Below, piece after piece: positions 12,224-26,395 of a stretch of 64,000 nt of DNA (within the stretch, counting starts at the first letter, position 1; the number at the start of each line of letters is the position of its first letter). The stretch comes from Eledone cirrhosa (lineage: Eukaryota): NCBI GenBank assembly GCA_964016885.1, contig OZ024743.1, positions 101,432,001 to 101,496,000 of the forward strand, in the 5' to 3' direction. Both the position numbers and the translations under genes were made by a program. The notes under the pieces are model-generated. The model was not told where the DNA came from and did no database searches. It was given only the letters and a program-made list of their open reading frames with translations.

Positions 12224-14565
12224 GATAGATAGATACATTTCTTTATTAGTCATAAGGGCACAAAAGAAGGGGACAAATACATATGGGGAGTTTACATACA
12301 GGTATATGAAAATAAAACTATTAATACAATAACAAATAACGATTGAAATCCCTAATAGGAGGGAGGTGTTGCACAGGGGTTGTACACACCCCGAAAAAAT
12401 GTACAACCCTCATCTCCAGGAGCACCAAGAGTGACTACTCCTTTCCTCTCTTCCTCTTTTTCCTCAACCTACAGGCTTATATAGAGAGAAGGCCCAACCA
12501 CTCGGGCCATCTTTGCCACATTCACCCACCTTTTATAAAATTTGCTGGGGTACAGCACCTCTCTCTCCATCCTGATTCTTCTTCCAAAATGATATTTGAA
12601 AAAACGAATCAGTTGCTCGCCGGAAGAAAGGTGTCTGACCTCAGCCCTTTTAACCTCGTCCACCATATAACCTCTTTCACCATAGCTATAACACATAGGA
12701 AAACCACCTCTCCCTCGTTTTTGAAGGAGGGTGGCGGTTTGATCATGACAATGGACTCGGTGGTCAACTGGATTGGTCCCACCCGCGACAATAGTCGTTC
12801 TACATAACCCCACAGGTCGGTAACGCTCGGGCAGTGTACAAATGCGTGCGCAACGGTTTCCTCGTCGCGCACGCATCTCGGACAGATCTTTTTCGAAGGG
12901 TCCCTACTCGGGCGCTAGTGTCTGTAGAGCTTGTCTCGAACTGGTAGAGCTCCTCGGTAGCACTGCCAGGCCAGGGACTTTTGGAAGTTGTCCATTGGTC
13001 CCGGGCGGAAGGTCCTACCGAACAGACTGGCCAGTTCGTCCTCCTCTACGCCTAGAGTTTCTCTGAGCGTGTCTCGCACTTTCTGCAGACCAACCCTCTA
13101 TAGAATGTCGAAGTGGAGTCTCCACTGATCGCCGGGTCCGTTTGCCAGAGGACTGTGAGCGCCTGAGCACATTCGATGTGCCAGTCGCCCATTTTCCTCG
13201 GTCTTTGCTTGACCCAGGACTGCAGCTCGGTCAGCGAGACGAGTCGTGGGAAGGCTCGCCTCACGAACGGGGCCCACACCGGTTGTCTGGTGAGGAATAC
13301 GTGGAGGTGCCGCAGCCTGAGCGCGTATTTGCGCATCGTCAGCCACGGCATCCCCAACCCTCCGTTTGAAGATTGTTGGCAGCAGATGGAGCTTCTCACC
13401 AAAGGAGCCCGTTTCTTCCAAAGAAATTGGAAGAGAGCGCCCTCCATTTTGGTAAGCTTATTGGATGGACAAGGCACGACGGTCAAGCGGTAGTAGATGA
13501 CGGACGCTATAAAAGTGTTCGCCACCTCTGCTCGACCTTTCAAGGATAGTTTGCACTCGGCCCACTTCTGGGTGAGCGCAAACACCTTGGCCGTCACCTC
13601 GTTCCAGTTCTTCTCCACCTGGAGGTCCGGACCAAACCAGACCTCGAGCAGCTTTACCGCTCCTTCCGCCCAGCGTCCGACGACGCCATCGGAAGGCATC
13701 GGTTTGCCCCTCCACGTTCCGAGTTGCAAACCGACGGATTTGTCCCGATTCAGCTTCGCTCCTGTGAACCTTTCGTATTCCTCCAGTAAGGTGCCGACCT
13801 CCCCGATTTTCGCAGTCCCGGTTCCAAAGGGATGCCCTGCAATAGCTCCAACTTCCGCAGTAGTGGCTCGAGAGTCAGTACGTACAGAAGGGAGGAGAGA
13901 GGGCACCCGTGTCGGATGGATCGCGTGATATGGAACGGCTCTGAGAGGTAGCCGTTCACCTTGACCCTTGAGCAGATGTTGCTGCTGTGCATTGCAGCAA
14001 TCCAGCCCCTGAACACGGGTCCGAAGCCTGCCGCCTCGAGCACCGCATCCAAGTAACGATGGTCAACCCTATCGAAAGCCTTAGACTGATCCAAGTTGAT
14101 CAGGGCCCCACCGAAGCCGGGTTTACCCCCTACCCTCTCTATGATGTATCGCATGAGGTGGAGGTTGTCGTGTATGGACCTGGTCGGGATTGCGCATGTC
14201 TGCGCTTCTCCCACCAGGCTTTCGACGACAAGCGCCAGCCTCTTTGCCAACACCTTGGCCAAAATCTGTAACTTTGTGTTGAGCAGAGTTATGGGCCGGA
14301 AGTTGCCTATGTCATGCCCCCTGTTCTCGTCCTTCCTGACTAACGTGATTACGCCCTTGGTCACAGAACTGGGAATTCTCCCGTTCTGTTGCCAGTTGCA
14401 GTAGACCGCTTCCAGGAGGCCGGAGAACAAGTCGGCATTGCTACGTAAAATTCGTAGGGTAGACCGTTGAGACCTGGAGATTTGCGTTTGCCGCATTGGC
14501 TCAGCGCATCCCCTATCTCAGCGGCCGAAATCGGCCTTTCGCAGAACTTCGCCTAGCTGTCCGAG
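12223..14565 (-). mobile_element. 5'-truncated, deleted Tx1/L1-clade LINE
   Basis: NFRPITLLNT..LAKVLAKRL..LDQSKAFDRVDH..RHGCPLS; paralogous to 18674-21060; the YADD segment is deleted; AATAAA near the 3' end. Confidence 0.85.
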
Positions 14566-14655
14566 AGTATTACTATATATATATAGTAATAATAATAATT
14601 CACCGTTAAGGGTGAAAGCAGCGATTCTTTGCTTAAACTTTAATCTGTTATTTTA

Positions 14656-14717
<62 letters not shown>

Positions 14718-14764
14718 TGCCCCCTCGTTATCGAGTATGGCCATTGCACGAGGAGAAAGAAAAA

Positions 14765-14797
<33 letters not shown>

Positions 14798-15057
14798 AAA
14801 ATAAAATGAAAATAAAAAAAATAAAAAAGGAATATATATATATATATATATACATATACATACACATACACACACACACACACACTCACACACACATATA
14901 CACCCACACATACATTAATAACAATAATAATAATAATAATCATAACAACAATAATAATAACGACAACAACAATAATAATATACATATACATATATATATA
15001 CACACACACGCACACATATAAGAATATCTACACACACACACACACACACGATAGCAA

Positions 15058-18000
15058 CTAACAGCGCTGCGATCGAATGTGGCTTTTTAGCCCAGCCAAT
15101 GATCTAAAATGTCTTGCACAGAGTCGGCAACCAAAACATTCGCTGGAAATAGTCGGCTGTGGTTGGAGTTCATGTACTTTTGCATGTTGCTTGAGCCCTC
15201 CTGCTGATTTACATTCTCTACCACATGTTTGGCAAGCATGATGAGTAGCATCTCCAACAGCAGCCTGGTAGTCAACCACTGGTCTTACTTTATGACTGCG
15301 AAGATGACTTTCGAGTCCAGCTTTGCTTAGGCAGAGTCTCGCACATACGCTGCATGTCAGCACCATAGGAGGACCCTCGCCGTCTGGAAGTGCAACAGCA
15401 ATGCCCTTCCTCACATCCCGCTTTACTTTCTCGTATGCGATTCGAGATGCCTCAAGGCAACTTTTCCCTCATATACAGTCTTTCTCCATTTATTACGATC
15501 AGCAGCAATATTCTCCCATGTATCAGCAGAGATGTTAGCGTCTTTCAGAGAGGCTTTCAAGGAATCCTTATACCTCCTTTTTGGTTTATGTGACGGTCGT
15601 TTTCCTTTAACCAACTCTCCATAAAAGAGTTGTTTTGGTATTCTAGAATCCTTCATCCTGGCAAGGTGACCACTCCAACGGAGTTGTTGCTTAAGCACAA
15701 GAGCTTCTATACTGTCACACATAGAGATTTCCAAAATCTCGACATCACTGATGTGGTCCCTCCAGTGAACGCCATGGATCCGTCTGAGACACATCTGATG
15801 GAAACGCTCCAATTGCTTAAGGTGGTGTCGATATGTGACCCAGGTCTCGCAGGCATAAAGAAGACAAGAGAGCACACATGCCCTGTACACCTTTACCTTT
15901 GTCCTCCTGCATATATCTCGCCGACCCCAGAGTCGCCTTTCTAGCTTTCCGAAAGCATCACTTGCTTTCCTAATCCTAAGTGAGATTTCACTGTCAAGGT
16001 TGCTGTATCGATTGACAGTGCTTCCCAGGTAGACAAACTGATCAACCACTCCAAGTCGTTTGCCATACACATAGATGTTTGGTTCAGTGTACTGCCTACC
16101 AGGGGCAGGTTGGTACATGACGACGGTTTTCTTGAGACTGACAGTCAGACCTAGGCCAGTGCAAGCGTCAGAAAATGTATTCAAAATGTGCTGCATATCA
16201 CTCTCTGTGTGCGCTACAAGATCGCAATCATCTGCATACAAGAGGTCTCTTATGATTGATGTAAATACTTTTGTCTTCGCAGCAAAGCGCCTGATGTTAA
16301 ATATGCTGCCTGAGGTTCGATATCGGATGTAAACACCATGCTCGCAATTCCTGAATGCAATACAGAAAACCATTGCAAAGTATATGGCAAACAGGGTCGG
16401 TGCTGGAATATCCCCCTGTTTCACTCCATTTTTTACTGAGATAGGCTCCGACATGTTACCCCCGACATTAACCCAAGCCTTCATGTCGTCATGGAAAGAC
16501 CTAACTAAAGCAAGGAACTTATCAGGGCAACCAAGTTTCTGGAGAACCTTCCATAATGCATCTCTGTTAACAGTATCGAAAGCTTTTGTCAGATCGACAA
16601 AAACCTGATACAGATCCAAGCCTTGTTCCATGCACTTCTCCTGGAGCTGTCCAGCTGAGAAGATCATATCAGTAATGCCGCGTCCAGCACGAAAACCAGA
16701 TTGACTTTCAGGAAGAACACAATCTGCAATGTGTGTCAGCAGACGGTCCAGAAGCACCCTACATAAAACTTTCCCTACGACAGAAAGCAATGATATACCT
16801 CTGTAGTTCCCACAATCGTTCCTGTTACCCTTTCCCTTGTACAAGACCACCATTACTTTATCTCTCCAGTCCTCAGGTACGGATTCATTAGCCCATATCC
16901 TGCCAAACAAAGAGTGAAGATGTTGCAGGAGTCTCTCACCACCATATTGTAGGAGCTCAGCATGTATGCCATCCATACCTGGAGATTTTCCACTGTTCAG
17001 CTTCGAAATAGCCACTGCAACCTCCACAAGCGTCGAAGGTTCTGCGAGAGCTACTTTCACAGGACTTTCTGGAATGAGATTGAGGAAATCTTCACTGACG
17101 ACAGACGGCTGATTCAAAAGATCATCAAAGTGCTCTCGCCACCTTCGTAGAATTCCTTGTGAGTCACGAAGAAGTTCTTTGCCATCCTTGCTGCGAAGCG
17201 GTGTCACCAGAGAAGAAGACGGTCCATAAACCTCACGCAAGAGACTGTACAACAGCTTTGTGTTATTGGAATCAGACGCAGTTTGTATCTCACCAGCCTT
17301 CTCACTCCACCACTGATCCTTCATCTGAGAAAGACTCCGCCTAACACGTGATTTTACATCCCTGAGTTCCTCATGCAACGTATTCCTCTCCTGTGGTTTT
17401 GCCGTCAAGTAGCGTGACAGAGCACGCCTCTTATCAGCCAACAAGTCTTCTATATGTACATCATTCTCATCAAACCAGTCCTGATGTTTCCTCTGCGCCA
17501 ATCCAAGAACACGCCTGCCTACATCATAAACCGACTTTTTAAGGGTCGGCTAATCCTCACCAAGATCTGCAGCCTGCATCTCTTCTTCCAATGTCCTCTT
17601 CACATTTTTATCCTTAAGACGAGCAGCATTCAATCTTTTGGGCAGGGCAACACCAGGAGCCCGGATTTTACGTTTAGTGATTAGTTTCACTTTTGCGCGT
17701 ACCAGGCGGTGGTCTGTCCAGCACTCAGCTCCACGAAGAACACGAACACACTGCACATCCTGTCTGTCACGCATCCTGATTAGGACGTAGTCCAAAAGAT
17801 GCCATTCCTTAGATGCAGGATGCATCCATGTGGTCTTGAATTTGTTCTTTTGTTGGAACATGTTGTTGGTAACACACAGATCCAGCTCCTCACACATCTG
17901 CAGCAGGAGCATACCATTGCTGTTACACTTTCCCACCCCATGCCTTCCGATTACATTCCATGTGTTAAAATCCCTACCCACTCTAGCATTAAAGTCACCA

Positions 18001-18602
18001 AGCACGATGACTTTGTCTGCCTGAGGGATATTTCTTAAAACACCTTTCAAGGCATGGTAAAAGGACACCTTTTCCTCATCGACAGAACTCATAGTTGGAG
18101 CATACACACTCACCAGGGTAGCATATCTTCCCTTGTCCAGCGGAACTCTCATGGACATAAGACGCTCACTAATCCCTACTGGGAATTCTTCTAATTTTTT
18201 CACAAGCACAGTCTTAACAGCAAATCCTACCCCAGCCTCTCTTCTGGTTCCTTCATCTCTTCCTTTCCAGAAGAATGTATATTCTCCACAAAATTCCGTA
18301 AGATGACCATCTCCAGCTAGCCTCGTCTCTGATAAAGCCACGATGTCAAGATCGTAACGTCGAAGCTCCTTTGCAACAAGAGCGGTCCTTCGTTCAGGAC
18401 GCCCCAAGGAATTCCTGTCAAGCAGCGTCCGTACGTTCCAGCAGCCAAGACTAAATGCCTTGTTTGGCTCTATTACAATGGCACGATGACGAGCGGGCCC
18501 AGGCTGTGATAACCTGGGGCCCCTGCCCTTATTGCCAATGATCTTTTTTGTTCCAGAACCTAAATTGCCAATTATCTCTTTTATATTGTTCTGGAACATC
18601 AT
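15058..18602 (-). mobile_element. near-full-length RTE-clade LINE (APE endonuclease + RT + 3 C2H2 fingers)
   Basis: EN motifs WNVRTL/ALSETR/SVYAPT/LGDFNARVG/TDHRLV; RT motifs FVDLTKAFD/GVKQG/LYADD; fingers CxxC..HLRSH, CxxC..HAKVH, CxxC..HIRSQ. One in-frame TAG (17550-17552) and one frameshift (~15455). Confidence 0.92.
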
Positions 18603-18638
18603 TGAATTGGAAAAAAAAAAAAAAAAAAAGTAATAATA

Positions 18639-18675
<37 letters not shown>

Positions 18676-18951
18676 TTTCATTTATTAGCCACAAGGGCCG
18701 ACATGTAGGGGACAATACAAAGACAGGGACAGTGGGGGTTTACAATAAGGTCGAGTAAAAGTGCACAATCGCAAGACTAATTTAACAATGAAAATATAAA
18801 AATATAAAATAAACTATGCATAAATATAACAAAATAAATTCCCCGATAGGGGGTGGACGACCCTGGGGTGATTCGGGTACCCCACCAATCCTGAACCACC
18901 CTGCACTTCTAGGGCACCCAGGAGAACACCCCTCTCCTCAAGTTAGCCAGC

Positions 18952-21900
18952 CTATAGGCGCATGGTCAGAGTAGGCCCATTCACACGAGCCATTCTCGCC
19001 ACATTCACCCACCTTTTAGCAAATGTACTGGGGGGTAGCACTTCTCTCTCCACCCTCACCCTCTTTTCCAGGTGAAACTTGAAGAAGTTGATGAGGGATT
19101 GGCCGAAGAGAAAAGTGTCTGTCTTTAGTCCTTTCAACCTGGTCCACCATATAATCTCTTTCGCAACTGCCACCAGACAGAGGAAAATGTCCTGCTCTTC
19201 CTGACCTAAGGAAGGTGGCGGCTCGATCTTCACTATGGACTCGGCCGATAGCCGGATTCGTTCCACACGCGACAGTAGCTGTTCGACATAGCTCCACAAG
19301 TCAGTAATGCACGGACATTCGACAAGTGCGTGCAGAACGGTTTCGTCGTTCTGTGCGCATCTTGGGCAGGTCCGTCTGACAGCACTTCCGTGCCTGTAGA
19401 GTTTATCCCGAACCGGCAGTGCCCCCCGGTAGCACTGCCAAGCGAGGGATTTCTGGAAATTGTCCATCGTCCCCGGCTCAAAAGTCCTCCGGTACAGACT
19501 GGTCAGTTCGACTTCGTCGAGGCCCAAAGCTTCTCCGAGTGCGTCATCGCACTTGCCCACCACTAATCCTCTATAGAACTCGAGAGTGGAAGTTCCACTG
19601 ATCGCATTGCCCGCTTGGTAGAGGGCAGTGAGTGCCTGGCAACATTCCAGGTGCCAGTCACCCAGTCTCGGTCTCTTCTTGACCCAGGACTGCAGCTCAG
19701 TCAAAGAAATGAGCTGCGGAAAGGCCCGTCTGATAAACGGCGACCACACCTGTTCACCATTGAGGCAGAATATCTGGAGATGTCGCAGCCTCAACGCATG
19801 TCTGCGCATCATTAGTCACGGCATGCCCAGCCCTCCGTGTAGAGGGTGCTGGCAGCAGATGGACCGCTTCACCAACGGAACTTGTCCCCTCCGCAAGAAT
19901 TTGAAGAGGAGCCGTTCCAACTTGACGAGGCGCGGACGGGGGCAAGGCGCGACGGTTAGGCGGTAGTAGATGACGGACGCGATGTACGCATTCGCCACCT
20001 CCGCGCGACCTTTCAGTGATAGCTTCCTCCCAGCCCATTTTGGGGTGAGACTGGCTACTCTGCTCGTTACCTCGTCCCAATTCTTTTCCACCTGGAGGTC
20101 TGGTCCGAACCAAACCCCGAGCAACTTTACTGGTCCGTCCGTCCAGTGCCCCACGACGCTGTTGGACGGCATGGGCTTGCCTCTCCAGGTTCCGAGCTGC
20201 ACGCCCACCGACTTTTCTGGGTTAAGTTTGGCTCCTGTCAACCTTTCATATTCCTTCAATAAGGTGCCGACCACCTCGATTTCTGAGGTGTTCGACACCA
20301 TCACGGTGATGTCGTCCGCATAAGCCGACACCGCCTTTCCACGTCCCGGTTCGAGTGGGATTCCCTGCAACAGCTCCAGCTTCTGCAGTAAAGGCTCGAG
20401 AGTCAATACGTACAGAAGGGAAGAGAGAGGGCACCCTTGACGGACCGATCGGGAGAGACGAAATGGTTCCGAGAGGTGGCCATTAACCTTGACCACCGAG
20501 CGTGTGCCGTTGTGCATTGCAACGATCCAGCTTCTAAAGACAGGGCCGAAGCCAGCTGCTTTGAGGACAAACTCCAGATACCGATGGTCGACCCTATCGA
20601 ATGCTTTCGATTGATCTAAATTGATCAGTGCCCCACCGAAGCCAGGTTTACACCCTACCCTCTCTATGATGTATCGCATGAGGTGGAGATTGTCGTGTAT
20701 GGACCTGGCTGGGTTTGCCCAAGTTTGCGCCTCCCCAACCAAATCCTCGACGACAAGCGCCAATCTCTTTGCTAACACCTTGACCAAAATCTTAAACTCT
20801 GTGTTGAGCAGAGTTATGGGCCTGAAGTTGTCTAATGTATCCCTCTTGTTCTCGTCTTTACTTATCAGCGTCACCACTCCCCTGCTCACAGAACTGGGAA
20901 TACTCCCATTCTGCTGCCAGTTACAGTAGAGTGCTTCGAGGAGTTCGGAGAACAAGTCTGGCATATTTACGTAAAGCTCGTAGGGCAGGCCATCCAAACC
21001 GGGTGACTTGCGCCTCATGCAGCCGACAAGGGCGTCCTGAATTTCGGCTGAAGTAATCGGCCTTTCGCAGCGCTCAGCGTCGACCGTCGAGATGCGCGGC
21101 AAGCCGTCAAGGTAGGGACTGAAATCCGCTACTCTCTCTGACTCGCCACTCTCCCCGAACAACCGAGCAACGTGCTGGCGAAAGGCCTCACACATCCGCT
21201 TGGAATTGCTTATCTCGTGTCCGTCTCGATCCGCCAAAGACCGAATTGTGGTTTTATTACCACGCTGCGCCTCCGCCACGCGGGCCCATCGAACAGCTTT
21301 AGTTCCCTCGTTTCTCAGCGCACGCGCCTTAGCTCTGACAATGCAGCCTTCGTGTTTGGCATTGAAGAAATGGTCTAATGCCATTCTCGCCGCTAGCACG
21401 TCAGTTGCGATGCCACTACAAATAGCCTCGTCTAACTTATCTACCAGCTCCCCCTCCTTTCTATTTTTCTCTAACGCTAGTTCTTTGCTGAACTCTATCG
21501 AAGTTACTCTAATCTCTCTTTTGAGAGCCCCCCACCATCTGTTGTTGATGATCCCCCCTGTCAACTTTTGCTTAACTAACTTGTTGACTCGGTCCCTGTA
21601 AGCCTTACGTTCCGGAAATGACATGTTCAGCTTCCAGTAACCTGGTCCTAACCTACGCGTTTTATTTAGGTCGACCGTACAGATCACAAATTTGTGATCT
21701 GAATAGGCGAGCGTTTTAAAAAGTGGACAGCCCACACTATTTCTATCTATTTTCCTAATGAAGATTCTGTCTATATACGATCTAGATGACCCCATTCGGT
21801 TGGTCCATGTCCATACTGGCACATTGGGGAAATCTAGTCGATACCTGTCAGACAGTTGGAACTGGCTGAGTAGGTGCTTGAGGCTTTTGCACCCCCCGCT

Positions 21901-22374
21901 CCTATCGGCTACTCCCACACAATCCCAGCGTGCGTCTAAGATGCCATTCCAGTCCCCCGCTAACAGTAAAGGGCGAGACGTACCCAGAAAGGTCTCCAGG
22001 CGCCTAAAGAAGTCAGGTCGTCCGGCCCCTGTAGGGGCGTAGACGGCCAGCAGTCTAAAGGCACCACCTTCGCTACTGCTCACATCCAAGACCACCAACT
22101 TACCGTCCGGGTCCCGGAAGATCGACCTTACCTCGAGATCCAGTCCTTTCCTAAACAGCACTGCCACCCCACCCCCCATTCCCGACCTGCTAACAGATGC
22201 GAAGATCTGATAGTCGTCGAAAATGGGGGCTAGTGCGCGCGTGTCGGAAATTCTGGTCTCGCTTACGGCAATCACATCCATTTACAGCGATCGGAGGTCG
22301 TTGAGCAGGCGACCCTGCTTCCAGGGTGACCCCAGGCCGTGAACATTTAAACTTCCTACTCTTAATATGGCCAT
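18952..22374 (-). pseudogene. Tx1-like ORF2 (APE EN, RT, C-terminal CCHC), two in-frame stops
   Basis: MAILRVGSLNVHGL..*MDVIAVSETR, AGDWN, SDHK, RQGCPLS, AYADD, CPRC..ETVLHALVEC. One reading frame with TAA at 22282-22284 and TGA at 19816-19818 (Trp in the paralog). Confidence 0.9.
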
Positions 22375-22407
22375 ATTGGTAAGCTAAGAGAGAGAGAGAG
22401 GGAAGGT

Positions 22408-24243
22408 TTACTTTCCTCCCGGGTCTTGTGAAGGTCGGGTGGTTCGACCTCCATGGTTGGTAGGGTTTCTTTTGGGAACCCCTTTAAAAGTCTTGATGTG
22501 GGTTTCACATTCGAGTTTCCCACGTCTTGAGGAAAGCTCTCTCGAATTTCTTTGAAGGAATTGAGTGACATTCGGACCAGAAGCAAATCTTCTGGCACGC
22601 AAAATGTGCCATTTCAAAAATCTCCCCCTCTGTTTGAATGTCCTCGCTTCGCGCTAAGAGGGCCATCAGTTTATCGTTGGCCCTTCTGACAAGCACGAAG
22701 TTTTTAACATTTTGTTGGTGTGGTTTTATTTGTTTTCGTTTTGGTGAAGGTGGTGGCGATGGTTTTGGTGGTGTTGTTTCGGGTATGTCTATGTTTGTTG
22801 TAGGTGTGGTGTCTGCAATTTCAGGTATTTGTGTGTTTATTTGTACTTGTGTTTGTTTAGGTTGTTTGCGTTTCGGGGATTGTGGAGGTGGTGTCGATGT
22901 TGCTGATGGTGCTGATGTTATTGGGGAAGTGTTTGCGTTAGTGGTGTCTGTATTTTTTGTTGCGTGTGTTTTTGTGTTTTGTTGGGGCTTTTTTTTTGTG
23001 AGTTTTCTCTGTTTTTTTGCACTTTTGGGTTTTCCTTCATCTTCGCTGCTGGAAGACAAAGGGTCTGTGTCTGTGAGTGTCTCTGTGCCTGTGTGTGCGT
23101 TTATTTTTTTTTTGTCTATGTGTATAATTGGGGGGGGGGTAAGGGGAGTGGGAGAGCTTTCCTCGTTTTCTCCTTGGATTGGTTTTGGTGTTGGTGGTGA
23201 TCCGGCTGCTTTTGATGTTGGTGTCCGTGTTTTTGTTGATGTTGTTTTTGGTGGTGGTGGTGGTGCAGCTTTCCGTGCTGACACTGGCGTTGGCAACAAA
23301 GGAGGTTTGCGACCCCCTGCATTTTTGCGCTGAGGGCAGAAGGCTTGAAGATGCGTTGCTTCCCCGCAAACGAAGCAGCGTGGCCTTCTTCCGTCAATCA
23401 TTAGTTGGATTGTTGTCCCGTCCTGCAGGCGGGCAAAATCTGGGATGTTATTCATATCCTCCGGTTTCATTTGGAGAAGAATCTCCAAATCGATTCCGGA
23501 CCAGTCCTCTCTCTCTGTCCTTTTGATGTCCAGGAGTGTGGTGTCTGTCCCCTCCTCGATTACGCATCCCACCAGCCACCATATGTTCATTCCTGGTGGG
23601 ATGCTGGGAATGCGTACCTTCACTGTCCTTTTACCCATATAGGACGGATGCATGATAATGCGTTCCGTTCTGCAGTGGGTCACCGAGTGCTTAATAGCGA
23701 GGGCTTGGTTTTGAACAGTACCGAGATGGTACCGAACTGTTTGCCTCTTGCTTTGTACTCTATGTTACTTCCGATGTACTCCAAAGCAGCCTCTACCTCT
23801 GCTTGGCTCGCAAGTTCCACTTTTCGTGTCTGCACCGAAATACATCGAAAGAGCACCGTCCTCCTTTGCATGGCCGCTATTGCCTCGTCCGGGATGGTCA
23901 GGTTTGCCCAGGACTTCTCCCGTTTAATTAGCCTCCACGCTTTGGCCAACTGTTCGTCTTTATCGCTAATATCAATATCAATATTCAATAAGCGCTTTGT
24001 TTTTGCTGCTGCTGCAGCAAATGTGGTGTTTCTGATGCTCTTATTGTTGTTGTTGTCATTCTTGCTGTTGCCACCGCCATCCTTGTTTACATTGAAGCTG
24101 TCGGTGTTATTGTCGTTATTGCTCTGAGTTGTTGTTGTGGTGGTGGTGGTGTCGTTTTCAGATGATACTGCTGCTATGGCAGAAGGTTGTGATGGTAGCT
24201 TTTTAGTTTTGCTTTCACATTCAGTAGAGTGGATGACAGGCAT
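22408..24243 (-). pseudogene. Tx1-like ORF1 (gag-like, CCHC zinc knuckle), frameshifted
   Basis: RCFVCGEATHLQAFCP knuckle and a Pro/Thr/Lys-rich tail; frameshift near 23705 and probably near 22620. Confidence 0.8.
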
Positions 24244-24409
24244 GACTGTAGCCGTCGTAGTCGTGGTGATAATAATAATAATAATAAAGTACCAGTAATA
24301 GACTTATTTATTTCATTAACACTTCTTTAACTTTGTAATACCACATATAAGATTGGTTTTACTTCTATATTTCCTTTGGACTTACTTTAATCGACAAAAT
24401 CAATAACAA

Positions 24410-25197
24410 AGATATAACCATCAAACCCTGCATGAGCTCTAGACGCCCCTCTAAACATCTCACTGACCGTTGCAGATGACATTGCACTTCTTGCAGATTG
24501 TCTAGAAAATGCGCAACAACTTTTGACATCTCTCATGGAAGCAGCCACCCTCGTTGGCCTTCATCTCAACGAGAGTGAAACAGAGTACATATCAAACTGT
24601 ACAGGCAACATCAAAGCAGTCAACGGCAGTGATATCAAACAAGTCGAGGATTTCAAGTACCTTGGGTCCTGGATCAGGGATTCTGAGAAAGATTTTGCCA
24701 TCAGAAAGGCCCAAGCTTGGTCAGCTTGCAACAAAATGGATCGAGTTTGGCGCTCAAATCTTTCCAACTACACCAAGATGAGACTCTTCCAAGTAACAAT
24801 TCAACCAATCTTGTTATATGGAAGTGAAACATGGACGCTTTCATCCAAACAACAAAAGCACCTTGATGGCACCTACACTTGCCTGCTTCAATGCATTCAG
24901 AACATAAACTGGAGACATCTGACTCTGAGAGAGATATATGTCGGCCTCCCACGCATATCTGTCGTTGTACGTAAAAGGAAAGTAAGATTTGCTGGCCACT
25001 GCCATTGTGCCACCTCTGAGGCCGTGTCCCCATTAGTGTCACTAATAACAGGGGGCACAAGCTCTCCTATCCCGATATCATCTCCAGAGATTCTGCTGTT
25101 GAAATCCAGGATTTAGCAACAGCAGCAAACAACAGACCCGCGTGGAGATCAATTGTTGACTCCATTTCAATTGAGGCCACAGGATGATGATGATGAC
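24410..25197 (+). mobile_element. 5'-truncated RTE-clade LINE
   Basis: ADDIALL..VEDFKYLGSWI..ILLYGSETWTL..VRFAGHC; (GAT)n tail at 25183-25197. Confidence 0.85.
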
Positions 25198-25716
25198 TTT
25201 AAAAGACTATAACCACAGACTTCCTGCAAACGGGCAGGCTATGTATGAGTGGCTTTACTATAAGACCAGCATAAAATGCCTTCTTGATCAAGAAATAGCA
25301 ACAGTACCTGCTGAGTTTCAGGTCGCTCCCCACTGGAATTTGACCAAATACAGTTTAACAGGATGACTACGATGATAACATATTCCTTTAGCAGAGTGTA
25401 TGGCAGCCTAAATTAATGAATTGGGATAACTATCTAACTATCCAACCACTCTTAGACACCAGCCTACATGTTAAAACATATCTGATGAACTTCCAATTCC
25501 AGAGTCAAGATCGTTCATTAACTGTCGAGCTGATCGACAGTGAAACATATGTAATACATATTTAAATATGTATATCATGCAACAATGATTCTTTGTTCCC
25601 TTATATATTAATATTATTATCATTATTATCATTATTATTATTATTATTTTAATACATATCCTTGCAAGCAGGGAAAAACGGACTTAAAATGATGATGATG
25701 ATGATGATATATATAT

Positions 25717-26143
25717 CTAGGGCGGGTAAAATTCCCGAGATCCATGGACGAGTTCTCTTCAGTGGTCTCTCTCCCTTATTATCGCTGTCATGTCCTGCGT
25801 CTCCAACAGACCAGTGTCTGTCCTTAGGGCATCAACATACGTTAACCTTGGTCTTCCTCTTCCAGTGTGTCCATGTAGGGGCTCCCACAGGAGCACTGAG
25901 TGCATTGTCAACTCTGGATGTCGGTGAGCATGTCCAGCTAACCTCAGTCTCCTCTGTGTCACTTTTGAGCTGACTTTTGGGAGGCTCCTATACAGCTCTG
26001 AGTTTTTCATCCTCAGTGTATACTGATTAATGTTCAGAGCCATCCCCAGTATTCTCGTGTAGCACACATCCACCATCTGAGTGAGTTTCTTGGACAGTGT
26101 CCAATTCTCAGACCAGTACAGCAGTACAGACTCCACTACGGCA
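25717..26143 (-). mobile_element. 5'-truncated RTE-clade LINE, same family as 2236-2508
   Basis: [41 protein letters not shown]. Confidence 0.82.
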
Positions 26144-26361
26144 ATGAATATATGTGTATATATATGCACATATATATATATATGCACAGCAATGTATATA
26201 TATGTGTATATATATATGCACATATATATATATATATGCACAAACACACACATATATATATATATATATACATAAATACACACACAAATATATCCCCACC
26301 TTTTTAATGTCCTTCCGCCACTTCCCCTCACACCCTCGGAACTCTTTTCCTGCCCACTTTT

Positions 26362-26395
26362 CTCCTGATGAAGGGATTATGCCCGAAACGTCGTG
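26362..26395 (+). ncRNA. minimal hammerhead motif
   Basis: CTC-CTGATGA-AGGG ATTATG CCC-GAAA-CG-TC-GTG; core intact, stem I mismatched; same design as 7471-7506. Confidence 0.65.

Larger units (their letters stand above)
18674..24268 (-). mobile_element. near-full-length Tx1/L1-clade LINE (ORF1 + ORF2)
   Basis: Two ORFs, a 3' UTR with AATAAA, and (TAA)n on both flanks. Confidence 0.9.

Noticed and set aside
22638-24127. + strand hydrophobic ORFs
   Set aside because: Antisense shadows of the Tx1 ORF1.
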